A stretch of 44,900 nucleotides of DNA from Batkoa obscura. Lineage: Eukaryota. A program made the translations under genes and the position numbers. Location of the stretch: NCBI GenBank assembly GCA_030770535.1, contig JASVEC010000002.1:2356001-2400900 (forward strand), in the 5' to 3' direction. Position 1 is the first letter of the stretch. Every line of letters begins with the position of its first letter. Below, in pieces: positions 11,759 through 24,672 of the stretch. The notes under the pieces are model-generated. The model saw only the letters and a program-made list of their open reading frames with translations, was not told the origin of the DNA and made no database searches.

Positions 11759-13474
11759 ATGAGCAAAAAGACAATAGAAAAAGAGATTGCAAAAACAATA
11801 ATACAGCAACCCAATATCTTGGAAAAATTTCGCCGTATTTTCTATAATCGTCAGTTTGTGACATTAAGAGATCTACTTTTTATTTTAATTGCATCCAAAT
11901 ATGCCTATAGCTTCTTATTAATACTCTACAGCCGTGGACCTAGCTATTTTGTAAACAAATTTGGTTTATATACTAAAAAAGTAATTTGTTTTAAATGGTA
12001 TTTAACATTTTTAATCATTATTTAGCTGCTTTACAGAATTGCCACCTCTACTCCGTATATTAAAGATAAAGTTAAGAATGAGCTTGATAAAGCTATTTCT
12101 CAAATCAGTGAATCAGCTGAAACAGTACCAGAAGGGCAAATATGGTATAATAAGCTCCCAATCGAAGGTATGGAAGAAGAAAAGCTGATTTCTTTGTTAA
12201 GAGACCTTGAAAAGCTAGGGGATAAGACTTGGGAAATTGGATTAACTTCAGGCTCAGTTTATAGAGCTAAAGGTGAAGATGATGAAAATATCTTAAAAGA
12301 AGTAATTCATTTATATGGTTTAAGTAATATATTACATCCCGAAATGTTTCCTGCAATAAACAAAATGGAAAGAGAGATTGTATCAATGGTATTAGATATG
12401 TATAATGCTCCTAAAGGTGCTGCTGGATGCTTCAGTATGGGTGGTACCGAGAGTATCTTGTTAGCTTGTAGAACTTATAAACAGTACAGCTATAAGGTCA
12501 AAGGAATAAGCAAACCAGAGATGATTGTACCTATTACCGCACATGCTGCTTTTGATAAAGCTAGCGAATATTTTGGGATTGAGTTGATACATGTACCAGT
12601 AGATGAAAACTACCAGGTTGATCTTAAAGCAGTAAAGCGTTTAATTAATTCCAACACCATCATGTTAGTGGGCTCTTGCATGAATTATCCAAATGGTATG
12701 ATTGATAATATTGAGGGCTTATCAAAGTTAGCCAAAAAGTATAATATTGGGCTTCATGTAGATTGCTGCTTAGGCGGATTTTTGGTCCCATTTATGGAAG
12801 AGGCTGGGTTCAATTTGCCACTTTTTGATTTTAGATTGGAAGGTGTGACCTCGATATCTTGTGATACGCATAAGTATGGATGTACTATTAAGGGATCCTC
12901 AGTAGTTTTATATAGAAGTGCCGAACTTTTCTCTCATCAGTTCTCTATATATCCTGAATGGACTGGTGGGATTTATGCAACTCACTCGATCCAAGGTTCT
13001 AGACCAGGTATTTTAGTTGCAGCTTGTTGGGCAGCATTAATGTCTCGTGGAAGGAACTTTTATGTAAAGCAAGCTAGGGAAGTAGTTGAAACTGCAATGA
13101 TTATTAAAAAAAAGTCCAGTGACCTTCCTTTAATTAAAATAATGGGAAATCCTTTAGTTTCGGTAGTAGCATTTGAGGCTCGCGACTCAGGAATTAATCC
13201 ACTTATCATTGCTGATGCAATGCAAGAGAAAGGATGGACATTAAATAAGCTGCAAAATCCCACTGCATTTCACTTAGCATGCACTGCTAGGACAATCGGA
13301 AAGGCAGACAAATTTATTGAAGACTTAAAAGATAGTATAGAAGAAGTTAAAAACAATTCTAAGCTTTTTAGTAGCTCAACAACCCAGCTTTATGGCTCAA
13401 AAACTAAGTTAGAAGGTACTGGTGTATCTGATCAACTTATTTCTGCATACTTAATTGGTCTATTAAAAGTATAA
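11759..13474 (+). CDS. DPL1: Sphingosine-1-phosphate lyase (PLP-dependent), intron 11981-12025
   Basis: N-terminal TM segment; SNILHPEMFP, GGTESI, LHVDCCLGGF, SCDTHKYG (PLP lysine), GSRPG. Confidence 0.93.
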
Positions 13475-13724
13475 AATTTAATGTTTATATATGAAGGATA
13501 TTTGAAATTAGAAACACAATTTATGATCTAAAAATAATTTATTTTATGTTTAAATTAATGAGTATAATAAACCATTCAAATAACAGATACTTTTAATATT
13601 TTTATTATAAACTAATAAATGTACATGATAAAACAAGTCATGAAATGCGGTTGATGCTTCGATAAGATACTCTAAAATAAAAAATGTTAATGTCTTATAC
13701 TAAAATAACTTCATATTATATGAT

Positions 13725-13818
13725 TGATATCAGGCCACCTTTGCGTATATTTAGTGGCGCGAAAGTTTATCAACAAAGTTTGAATCTGACTGGTGCCAGC
13801 TGGAGATCATCACTTTAT
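13725..13818 (-). ncRNA. Box C/D snoRNA predicted to guide 2'-O-methylation of SSU rRNA G562 (yeast numbering)
   Basis: Minus strand: box C GTGATGA (13813-13807), 11-nt guide GCTGGCACCAG antisense to conserved SSU CUGGUGCCAGC, D' CAGA, C'-like TTGATAA, box D CTGA (13733-13730); lies between GTAAGT (13847) and TTAAC..TTTTAG (13672). Confidence 0.82.
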
Positions 13819-14301
13819 AAAAAATAAAAATAAAGATAAATACTTACAAATTATACAACAGAAGTAAAAAATGAATTATTAATTTCTTTTCATTTTTATA
13901 ACCCATGTACGTAGATGTATTTTTAGTCCAATTAGATACCTATCTTTAACAGAGCTGAAAATTTTTTCATAAATTTTGATTGGTTTAAAACTGGAAAAGT
14001 ATTTTAAGATACAGGTTTTGAAGTTGCATAATTTGAAGTCTACTTTAGCTATGGACTATGGTATACAAAAATAAATGGTTTAGTAAATATTGTGAATTTT
14101 TTTATAACTATAACAATAAAAATGGATATTAAAGTATCAAATACGAGAAAGCCTAAACTTTTTAAAGATTAATTAATTCAAAAATATTTATATAAATTAA
14201 AAAACCTTAATAATCTAGCATTTTATAATAATTATAATTAAAAACAATACTAAAGATGAGTTCAATCAATTTTATTATATTGATAATTGCAATTCTATAC
14301 T

Positions 14302-15418
14302 CTATGGTTGACTATAATATTCATGTAAACGTAGAAGATTACGTTCCAACATAGCAATTGTAACTTTTCCAACAGATGGAACAAAAATTGAGGCACGCTC
14401 TAAAACATCTTCCTCGAAATTTTTAGCTGATGAAAAATTTACACAAATAGCCCCCTCTTTCAAAAGCTTAGTGGATAATTTATAATTTGGGCTGGGTACT
14501 CCAGTAATAACAACATCTGACATTGGGACAACATCTTCAAGTTTTAATTTGGTATCTTGGACCTAATAAAAGTTAGACTTTTACTTTGTAAAATCTATAA
14601 AAAGTTTACTTTATGTGATGAAAGTTTTAATCCATCTCCACGTGAGAATTCTAAAATGTCATTGATATCAACTGAATATACCTTAGCACCATCATTAGCA
14701 AGTAAAGCAGCTAAAGGACGCCCAACAACTTCACTTCTATTAATGACTGTAATGGTTTTTCCATGCAATCTATTTCCATAATTTAATATTTTGTTATATG
14801 CTCCAATATGTTCTAAAACCTAATTGTATGATTAAAATGCTATAAAAAGATACTAAAAGTCCTACTTTAACAACAGCCAATGGAGTACATGGGATAATGC
14901 ACTTGCGTTCATTGGTGGGTTCATCCAAAAAACGGACATTATGATACATATTATATACATATTTAAAGCATAATCCTTCAACGTCTTTCTTTTCAGATAC
15001 GCAACTTTGTAAATATTGATCCTAAGCGGCTAATTTTAAAAAATCATATTATTAAGAGTAAAATTACTTGTCTGTCACCAAATACAGGATAATAAATAAT
15101 TATACCATGAACCTGATTATCTTGATTAGCTTTAGTGACCTCTTCTTCTAAAACTTTACGATCAACTTGGCGCAACTCAAATTTAAGACCAGTTTCAGAA
15201 CAAGTTTTAGCAGTCCAATCCGCATACATTTTAGCAGCTGGATCTGAATTAGCTAAAAAACCAACTAATTTTGGAGAAATATTTTTAGTAGTAACAGTAT
15301 TTTTGATTTCGTCTCTATTATGATAATATATTAGCTTCTTCGATAATAAAGGGACAGCTTTATTCTATTACCTAAATGGAGCAGCAATTTTTGAAGCAAG
15401 TACTTTTTGTCCAGCCAT
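14302..15418 (-). CDS. MTD1: NAD-dependent methylenetetrahydrofolate dehydrogenase, multi-exon
   Basis: MYADWTAKTC, HGIIIYYPVFG, KDVEG, IIPCTPLAVVK, NRSEVVGRPLAALLANDGAKVYSVDI, VGKVTIAMLERNL. Confidence 0.93.
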
Positions 15419-16109
15419 TCTTTGTAGTTTTAAAAAAGATACCGAAAAAATTTAACTTACTAAAATTTAAGTTTAAATCAATCCAATTAAATTTGTTTTT
15501 TAGTATATTTCATGCCCTTTAATAATCTACTAAATAGAAAAAACAAAGAATATTTAAGTGAAAATGTTTTTTTGATTGGTATTTTGATCACCTTTTAAGG
15601 AACTTAATATTTGAATTACTACCTGAGTATTTTTTTAAAGTATTCTCATATTATAATAATAACCTCTATTTTAAATAATATTTATTTTATTTATTTTATG
15701 AATTTTACTTATACATTAGTCGTCAATTGCTAAATTTTGTTAAACAATCCAAATGATAAAATGTGTCAATATATTAATAAGTTTGTTAGAATATTTAATT
15801 AGCAACTCTTAATTATACTAATAAAATCCATGTTAATAGCTGTATAATATCTAGCAAAGCTCTTTTATAAAGTATACGATAATATACAGTTGATATATAT
15901 TGTAGATTAAACCATAGAGCTGGAATACGTGAATCAAATATTAATGAAAATGAGTAGTAGTTTAACTTTATATTTTATCAATATCATGATAATATTATTA
16001 ACTATCAGTTAAGCGAATATTAAATATCACTTTATTTAAATAATCATTTCAATATTAAAAATGAATTATAGCGCTCATAAATAAGAAATCATGTCAATAT
16101 TAAGATACT

Positions 16110-16250
16110 TTAAGGTAGACGGCGAGCTCTAGAGGAAGAAGTGGCGCCTACATCTTCTGGTTTAATAGGCTCTAAACTTGGCATGGCTACAGTAAAGCTA
16201 ATAAAGCTAATAAAGCATACCGCAAAAAAATAACCCGTAGTGAATTTCAT
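16110..16250 (-). CDS. Putative 46-aa secreted peptide MKFTTGYFFAVCFISFISFTVA-MPSLEPIKPEDVGATSSSRARRLP
   Basis: GC-enriched island in AT-rich intergenic DNA; ATG to TAA open frame; MKF + hydrophobic core + TVA signal-peptide pattern; TATAAAAA ~70 nt upstream on the same strand. Confidence 0.55.
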   Translation of the reverse strand: MKFTTGYFFAVCFISFISFTVAMPSLEPIKPEDVGATSSSRARRLP

Positions 16251-16951
16251 ATTAAATTAAAAGAATTAAAGAGATAAAAGGGTAATAAAAAAACTTAAAT
16301 TTTTAATAAGTTTCAACTTATTTTTATACTCATGTTTATGTTGATAACTTATTTTCGTTGAATGCTCATATACTTATTTATATTATATTATACTAACGGT
16401 TAGTTACTGAATGCTTTCTCTTTCCATTTAACGTTAAATAGCAACAAAAACCACTAATAAAAGAAGATTAGCCTGCAAAAATAAATCATAACTTTAAGCA
16501 AATATTTACTTATTAGTAATAAAAATAGAAAATTCTTATAAAGTAATCAAACTCATGGATATTATTTAATAAAATTAAATCTTTTTATATATGTAAACTT
16601 GGAAGTTAACATTGTAATGATATTTATAAATTTAGTTTTAAAGTTTTAAGCTAGTGTATATTTCAATGTCCTTTACTGTTATGAGAACACTAATATTTTA
16701 TAATTATAACATAAATAATAAAAATATTTAAAAATATTATTATTTATTAAATATCTAAACAATAAATTAAAATGTTCAATGTTTTATATTAAATTTAACT
16801 CCATTAAATGATGATAATATTATCATAGTAAAACTGTTATTTATTTTTGATTGTCTATAATTAAAATTTATAAACCTTAGAAATTTTTGCACTAACTGCT
16901 AATTTTACTTGCTCACTTGTATGTATAATAAATTTTTTTATTTAATTGTAT

Positions 16952-17047
16952 GGGGATGTATTTTGTATTTAATAATTTACTAACAATTTTTCTACTCAAA
17001 TAGCGCTTAAAAGATGGAAAAAGTATGAAGCCAAAAAAAACATTCCC
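16952..17047 (-). mobile_element. MITE copy with GTAT TSD
   Basis: GTAT on both flanks. Confidence 0.9.
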
Positions 17048-17476
17048 GTATATTGGATTTTTTGTGAAAGTCAGCAACTTTATTTGCTTACATAGAGCTA
17101 TTGTATAAATACCACCACTTATTCATTTGTATTTTTTTGAGTAAATATTATTTAATTTATCCTTTTCTAGACTAATTAATATTATTTTTCCATTTCCTGA
17201 ACCGATATATTGAAGCCTACCTGGTGAAATAGTTTTAAATAGAGTAAATCATATTTCAAACTTTTTATACTCATCAGCAAATCTTTTAGAAAAATTCCAT
17301 AGCTATTGACATTAGTTGTGTGTCGTAGTTCATGTCTAGCCATATCTCAACTTTCTTTATCATTAAAAACGATAATATCAGTCCAATTTATATATTCTAA
17401 CAATTAATAAATTTGTTAAGTCAGCCTTATGTAAAAACCGCAAATCCACTTGTTACATTAGTTGGAATAAGTATAT

Positions 17477-17575
17477 AAGGATGTTTTTTTGATTTCATTA
17501 CTTTTTCCATTTTTTAAGCACTATTGAGCGGAAAAATTATTAGTAAAATTCTTGAACAAAAAAAAATACATCCAC
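17477..17575 (+). mobile_element. MITE copy
   Basis: Consensus match, ATAT flanks. Confidence 0.88.
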
Positions 17576-18690
17576 ATATTGTGGTTTAATTCACTAATCA
17601 TACAGTTTCTATAGACATTGTTAATACTACCAAAACTCTACCATTATGTGATACTGAAAATCGATAACAAAAGCTATTCGATAAGTATAACCAAGTAAGA
17701 CAAAAGCTTTATAAGCTTTAAAACACAAAGTATTTTATAATAAAAGTTATAAACTTTATTATTTAAATGAAGTTTGACTATTATACGCTGGGCCAATAAT
17801 AAAAAATGGGTAATTTTTTAATTCTTATTTGTTTGAAAAAAATAAAACTTGATGGAAAGAGTAGAAATAAAAATCACTAAAAGGGAGCCATTTACAATAG
17901 CTTTTAATATGTTAAATAAAGACAATGCAGACAAAAAATTATCGGTAAAGACTCTGAGCATTTTTAGCTCTGTAAAAAATCTGAAAGCCATTTGTTTTAG
18001 TGCTATTGACTATTAACTCCATAAAAAGATCCAAATCCCGTTTCTGGGATGTTTCTAGGTTATGACAAATTACTTCACATTTAGAACATACTATATAAGC
18101 GTTTTATTTTTTGTAATATTATATACGCCAAAGTTAGATAGATATATAACCCAATTAAGTCAAAATCCTAACCTCAACCACAATAATAGCCTAGCTTTTA
18201 CCTTTGCTCTTCTGCTTTCTTATAAACTTTTATTATTATAAACATACCAAATCTCTCGTGCAGTCAAGGATCAAAAAAAGTAATATGACCAAATATAGTA
18301 AGTTTAATTAAAATTTAAAAGTTAATATTTCTAAATCTGTACAAATAGAATATTTATAAAAATTGTATAGGTAAATAAACGTTTGTAAATAGTGTACTTG
18401 TAAAGAAAAAATATTTATATATGATAGGATAAATAAATAAATTGTTAAGCAAGAGGATTATGCATAGAAAAACTGAACTAAAATAATTTATAAATATGAC
18501 CAAATCCATTCTCAATTTATTCAAGTATAAAAAGCTATAAATTAAATGTTCTATACAAATGGAAATTTGTACACATTTACATTAAGAGGTGAAACAGTAA
18601 TGACTAAAGAACTTATGGTATTTGGTTAACTGAACACTCGAAAAAAGATACATTAAAATAATAAAATAACAAAATCTGTGTTAAAGATAT

Positions 18691-18787
18691 GAGGATGTAT
18701 TTTTGTGTTTAAGAATTTTACTAACAAATTTTCCACTCAAATAGTGCTTAAAAAACGGAAAAATAATGAAATCAAAAAAACAGCCCC
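18691..18787 (-). mobile_element. MITE copy
   Basis: Reverse complement nearly identical to 6151-6248. Confidence 0.9.
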
Positions 18788-19745
18788 ATATATTATAAGA
18801 AGCAATGTCAACTATTTTGAAACTAACCCAATACTTGCTATAAAAAATACTATTTGAATTAGATTTTCAATTCTAATAAATATTAAAACTTGACTACTTA
18901 TATATCATATCAGAATATAGTATAGTTAATAAAAAGTCTGTCGGACTTCTTTGAAATGATTTTAAGAGATATTAGTAATATTTTAATATCAATATCTAAA
19001 TAAAAGATCACATTATATGAATTGTACTTTTATTTTAAATAAATTTAACTTATAGCTAGCAAGTATTTCAATAAGTACTTTACAAATGTGCTGATATTTT
19101 TTACAATTTTTTTTGGACTCTTCAAAAAGTATAGGTTCTCAAGCCACTATTTTATTTGAATGTATAGATTAAATGAAAGAATGGAGTGGCTAGTATATAA
19201 GAGTCTTCCAGCCTTTCTTATTACGATTAAATTTAATTAATTTTGTAATTGATACAAGCTTTAATTTGGAACACAATATTAAAAGGATGATGGTAATTTT
19301 GATTCATGAATTAATTTTATCAAAATTGATACTAAAAATAATATTTCCCGCTTTTTGAAGCATCTATATAGAAAATAACACCAGATTTCTGTCTTTGACC
19401 TCTCACACTCCAAAGAAAGGTTTTAACTTTCGGATATCTACCTTTATTAATCTCACCCTATTTCTATACTTCACTCCATTTACCCATATAGCTTTATTTT
19501 ATATTTACTTTTTACAATCTTAGATAAGATATTTGGAGGTTTGTGTACTTTCAATAGCAGAAAAAAGTAATATCTTCTTTAAGTTATAATTATTGAGTTT
19601 ACTAAAATTAGCCCTCCTGAGAATTATAAAGAAAAAAGTTTACTAAAAGTAGCTTTGAAAAATTCAAGGGAACCTCCAAAAGAACTATAAATCTGAGTTT
19701 AATACTCTTTTGTCTTTTGTCTTTTGTCTAATTAGATATCAAAAA

Positions 19746-20644
19746 ATGAAATTCAATTTGTTCTCTACTGTTACAATATTATTTTCCAGCTTGTGTTTAG
19801 CTGAAGTGAACATGAACTTTACCAGTTGCGTTTATTTTGATATTAAATTAAGAGACAAAAATCTTGGTAGAGTTGTATTCGGTCTTTATGGTAATGTAGT
19901 ACCAAAAACAGGTAATTTATTCATAATTTTATATTATTCTATACTAACTTTATTTTAGCGGAAAACTTCCGAGCATTAGCTACTGGAGAAGTAAATATTG
20001 GTCATAGTACACAATAATTAATATACTAAGTAAAAATTAGTTAGGTTATGGTTTCAAAGGGAGTTTGTTTTTTAGAGTGGTCAAAGTAAACTAGTCATAC
20101 TAATTTTATATAAATATTAAAGTTTAAATCTAATAGGACTTTATGATTGAAGGAGGTGATTTTACACTCAATAATGGAAATGGTGGTCATTCTATCTATG
20201 GTGCTGACTTTGAAGATGAAAATTTTACTATTAAACATAGTTATGGTACTTTAAGTATGGCTAATGATGGCCCAAATTCTAATGGTTCTCAGGTATTACT
20301 TTTTTAGTTGTTTTGATAATTTAATCAATTGTTAGTTCTTTATCACTACAGTTGATATTCATCGTTTAGATGGGAAATATGTTGGTAAGTGAAATGGATT
20401 ATAATAACAATATAAGGTTATATTTATTTGTATTTAGCATTTGGTCGTGTACTTAAAGGAATGAATATTGTGCATCAAATTGAGGATGAAAAGACAGATG
20501 AAGGTAATAGTATAACTATTACTGCTTGTATTAAATTTAAAATATTTTTATTTAGATGAAAGACCATTTGAACTTGCTCAAATTACTGACTCTGGAGTAC
20601 TTAAATTTAGTGGAAAATGTAAAAATAGTTATAACCAATACTAA
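19746..20644 (+). CDS. Signal-peptide cyclophilin paralog with altered active site, 7 exons
   Basis: [74 protein letters not shown]. Confidence 0.88.
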
Positions 20645-20963
20645 TTAATAAATAAACAAAGTTAATCCTACTTTATATGTATACTTTTTTGTGTATAAAG
20701 TTCTTTATAAACAAAATAAATTTATAATATTATATTATAAATATCAATAGTGAATAATCGCCTAAAGTTAAAGCAATGAAAAATGTTGAAAAAATGAAAT
20801 TAATAAAAATATTATAAGAATTTTACTAGTCTAAGTTCATTAAGGCTAAATTCTTTAGTTTTTGTATAATCAAAAATTAGATTTATTTTTTACATTGTAA
20901 ATTATTGAATATAATATTATAGTTTTTAAATCCATGCGAGCTATATTTTAAATTGTACTATAT

Positions 20964-21061
20964 GGGGATATATTTTTATATTTATGAACTTTACTAACGA
21001 TTTTTCCGCTCAAATAGGGCTTAAAGATGGAAAAAGTAATGAAACCAAAAAAAATATCCCC
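20964..21061 (-). mobile_element. MITE copy
   Basis: Consensus match, ATAT flanks. Confidence 0.88.
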
Positions 21062-21268
21062 ATATATTTTTTAATGAAGTGTAATAACCAAAACTTTTAT
21101 TAAAATTGGTACTGAGTAATATGGTCATGAGATTAAGCAATATTAAAAAACGACTAAATTTAACCAATGAAAAAAGAACAAATCAATGTAAGGCATTTTA
21201 CTAAATATTTTAGATTAGCAACACTATAAATATTCATAAAGTAAAGTTTCTTTTCACTTATCTTAAAA

Positions 21269-22165
21269 ATGAAGTTTTATATTTTCAGTACATTATTGTT
21301 ATTAAGCTTAGCCTTAAACGTATTTGCCACTACTGGTCCAAAAATTACTAACAAAGTATTTTTTGACATTAAACATGGTGATAAAGAGTTAGGTCGTATT
21401 ATCATTGGACTTTATGGTAAAACCGTACCAAAGACAGGTATTCATATTGATATATTATGCTTTAGTTTTTATTTATCATTTAATAGTTGAAAACTTCCGT
21501 GCATTGGCTACTGGTGAAGTAAATATTCTTAACAATTCATTTTTTATTTTAATCCTATTTTATTTTTATTAGAAAGGTTATGGTTATAAAAGCTCTGGTT
21601 TCCACCGTGTTATTAGTGTAACAATATTTAACTATTATTTAATGAAAAATTAAGTAACAAATTATAGGACTTTATGATTCAAGGTGGTGATTTTACTAAA
21701 GGAGATGGTACTGGTGGTAAATCTATCTATGGTGAAAAATTTGCTGATGAAAACTTTAAACTTAAGCATACTGGACCAGGTAATATTTATCTATAATTTA
21801 ACGAATAATATTTAAAGAAATAAGGTGTATTATCTATGGCTAATGCTGGAAAAGATACTAATGGCTCCCAAGTAATTTGAATTACCTTTTATTTCATCAA
21901 AAACTAATGTTATTATTCAGTTCTTTATTACTACCGTAAAAACTTCATGGTTAGATAACAAGCATGTTGGTAAGTTGTACAATTAATTAAATGTGAACCA
22001 TATTAAAATTTTAAAGTATTTGGTCGTGTTATTGAAGGTATGAATATTGTTTCTGAAATTGAGAAAGTACCCACTAACTTAGGTAATAACAAACCAAAAG
22101 AAGATGTTGTTATTGCTGATTGTGGTGAAATCAAAGTTGACGAAGAACAAAATGATGAACTTTAA
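21269..22165 (+). CDS. CPR5: ER cyclophilin B (peptidyl-prolyl isomerase), 7 exons, C-terminal NDEL
   Basis: Signal peptide; [44 protein letters not shown]; ends EEQNDEL. Confidence 0.92.
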
Positions 22166-22489
22166 ATAAATTCATTCCCCTTAAAAATTGTTTTATTCAT
22201 TTATTAACCGTCTAATTTTTGTTAAAAGTACACTAGTTGATATTAAACTATTATCATTGTTAATAAAAATACTTTATTTTAAATTAAATGGTATTTTAAT
22301 TGATAGCATAAATAGTCAAATATTGAGATTATTCTTCACTTATAAATAAAACATTTGAAATCTTAATCTCATGATTCAAGAAAAGTCGAAATTGTTGTAA
22401 TGATATAAATTAAAATTATAATTTTTATTTAAATGATTGTTCAAAGAAAATTACATATATCATAATTTTTAATACTTAATTCATCTAAA

Positions 22490-22866
22490 TCAGCTGCTAT
22501 TTCTACGCGTAGCATCTTGTAATAAAGCAAAGTCAACATCTTTAGAGCTTAATTGAACATATCTTACAACAGAACCACGTATAAAACAATTTTTTAAGGA
22601 CAACTAAAATTTTATAAAATATTAAGTAATGATAAATTATAACAAATTATAATATGTACCATATGGGGATATCTTTCTTGATCCTGAACTTCAATTTTAT
22701 CCAATTTTAAATTCAAAAATTGATCTACTGAAACTAAAATCCCATTTATTGATAGATCATTTTTCAATTCAACTGTCACTGTTTTACCAACTAAGGTTTT
22801 AAAGAAAGAATAAAATAGCTAAATATTATTAATTGAGTATTAGGGATCAAAATAATATATTACCAT
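22490..22866 (-). CDS. LSM2: U6 snRNA-associated Sm-like protein LSm2, 3 exons
   Basis: M|LFYSFFKTLVGKTVTVELKNDL..VDQFLNLKL..YPHM|LSLKNCFIRGSVVRYVQL..LLQDATRR. Confidence 0.95.
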
Positions 22867-23570
22867 ATTAAAAGTTTAATTTAAACAAAATAATTTTGGA
22901 ATACTTAAAATAATGGTTGAAGCCATTTCTATATTTAACTTTGATTGGTTGGTTAATAAAAATGAGTACATAGTTATAAGGGAGCTACTAAAAACAACAG
23001 TTATTTTGGTGATAACATGTAAAACGTCATTTTTTACTAAATTTTCTTTTTTAATCTAAAATTTACAAAATTTAATAGCAAATATAATCCAATCAAATTC
23101 TGGGGTAAGTTTATTGCAGTTTAATTTAAGATTAAATTTCAGCCAAAAAGTGCTATTTTAATTTTTGATAAACTTTTAACTCTAACCATAACCTCAGGAC
23201 TAGAGTGAGTTTTAAAGATTATTAACTTTAAATCAAGTCACTAAAAATAAATTAAGTTAGATTTAGCCCAAATTAAAATTTCATGTTATCATCAAAATAA
23301 TGTTATTTTAGAAATTCCTTAATTATAAGTTTAATATACTTTGGCGTTTTATAATGTGATTATTTTATATGTTATGTTGTCTATTGTTTAGTTTTTATCA
23401 ATATTGTTATTTAAGTAAAATGATACATATAAGATTACAAAAAATTGAAAATCATTTAATAGAAATATAGACATAATAATAAATAGAGATATAAAATATA
23501 ATGGGATATAAATTAAAATGATATAAAAAATAATAGCGTGACTCATGTTTAATGTTTAATTTAACAAGAA

Positions 23571-24672
23571 TCAATTTAACGATGTCGCTTTAATAATGTA
23601 CCTAAATATATAGTTGTTAAATATTATTAAACTTTAATTACTTATGTTGAATTTTACCCTTTACTTGCAGCAATACCCCTTGCTTTAAACATGATGGTAT
23701 ATCTTATTGCCCATTTTGGAGTATATTTTTTAGTTTGAAGCGGAGAATTTGATACTATTTTATCAAAGTTTTGCTGTGAAATTAAATCTTCAAAATATTA
23801 AATAATGTAGATAAATTATTATATTCAAATTACCGCTTGGATCAATATGAGTGTATAGTTTGATATTAGTTTCTTTAGCGTACTCCCTTAAATCTTTTGG
23901 TATTACACAACAGTCTGTTAAATTAATTTGATTTGCTACTGGTTTAATCTATTCGTTTGTCTAAATGGATGTATTTAATGATAATAGCAGTTTACATTTA
24001 CCTTTGAATTATCGTAAAGTTCTTTTAGTAGCTTTTTTGAAAACTCGCTTATTCCTAGAGTATTGACTTTACCATCTTCAACTTGGGCTTCCATTCTCTA
24101 TATCTTATTCAGTATGCTCTTATTAAGTTAAATTTACTACTTACCTTCCAAATTTTACTAACAAGTTCATTATTAAAGTTCTTAAGCTCGATGTCTTCAT
24201 CTTCTTGTAAATATAAACCATTAAATGCAACAAATAAAGAATCAAGTCTTTTTATGTTCAGAGTTTTCAAAACAACATCAACTGCCTCTGATACATAGCA
24301 TTCCTTAGGTTCTTCATTACTATCCAAAAAAAAAATCTTTGCTATGATATATAATTACTGATGAATTAGTAATGAAATAGAAAGGTTTTACCAGATACTT
24401 CAAGGTCGTTTTCTAATAATGTATCAAACTCTGAAGTTTTAGGCAATTCTAATTTTATCAATGGGGAATTTGCATCTTCAACATTAGCTTCTTTAAGCAC
24501 TAATTCTAAACTTTCAACTAACTATTACAAGTTAATATTTAAAAAAACATATTAGATAACTAAGTACCTCTTCTGATACTTTTTTTAAGGTCCCAGTAAG
24601 TACAGCGTTTTGAGCAGTACTTAATAAATTAGGAGTATGAATTAATAAGCTATTTTCGACCATATTTGACAT
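23571..24672 (-). CDS. GCLM: Glutamate-cysteine ligase modifier subunit (aldo-keto reductase fold), multi-exon
   Basis: AKIFFL, IWKRMEAQVEDGKVNTLGISEF, KPVANQINLTDCCVIPKDLREYAKETNIKLYTHIDP, WAIRYTIMFKARGIAASKGY. Confidence 0.82.

Noticed and set aside
16141..16148. TGGCGCC resembling the start of a tRNA-Lys primer-binding site
   Set aside because: The match does not extend, there is no adjacent LTR, and it is explained by the minus-strand peptide ORF
17160..18280. Short open frames in the intergenic gap, such as MERVEIKITK.. (54 aa)
   Set aside because: No motif, frequent stops and a MITE interruption; possibly decayed repeats but not supportable
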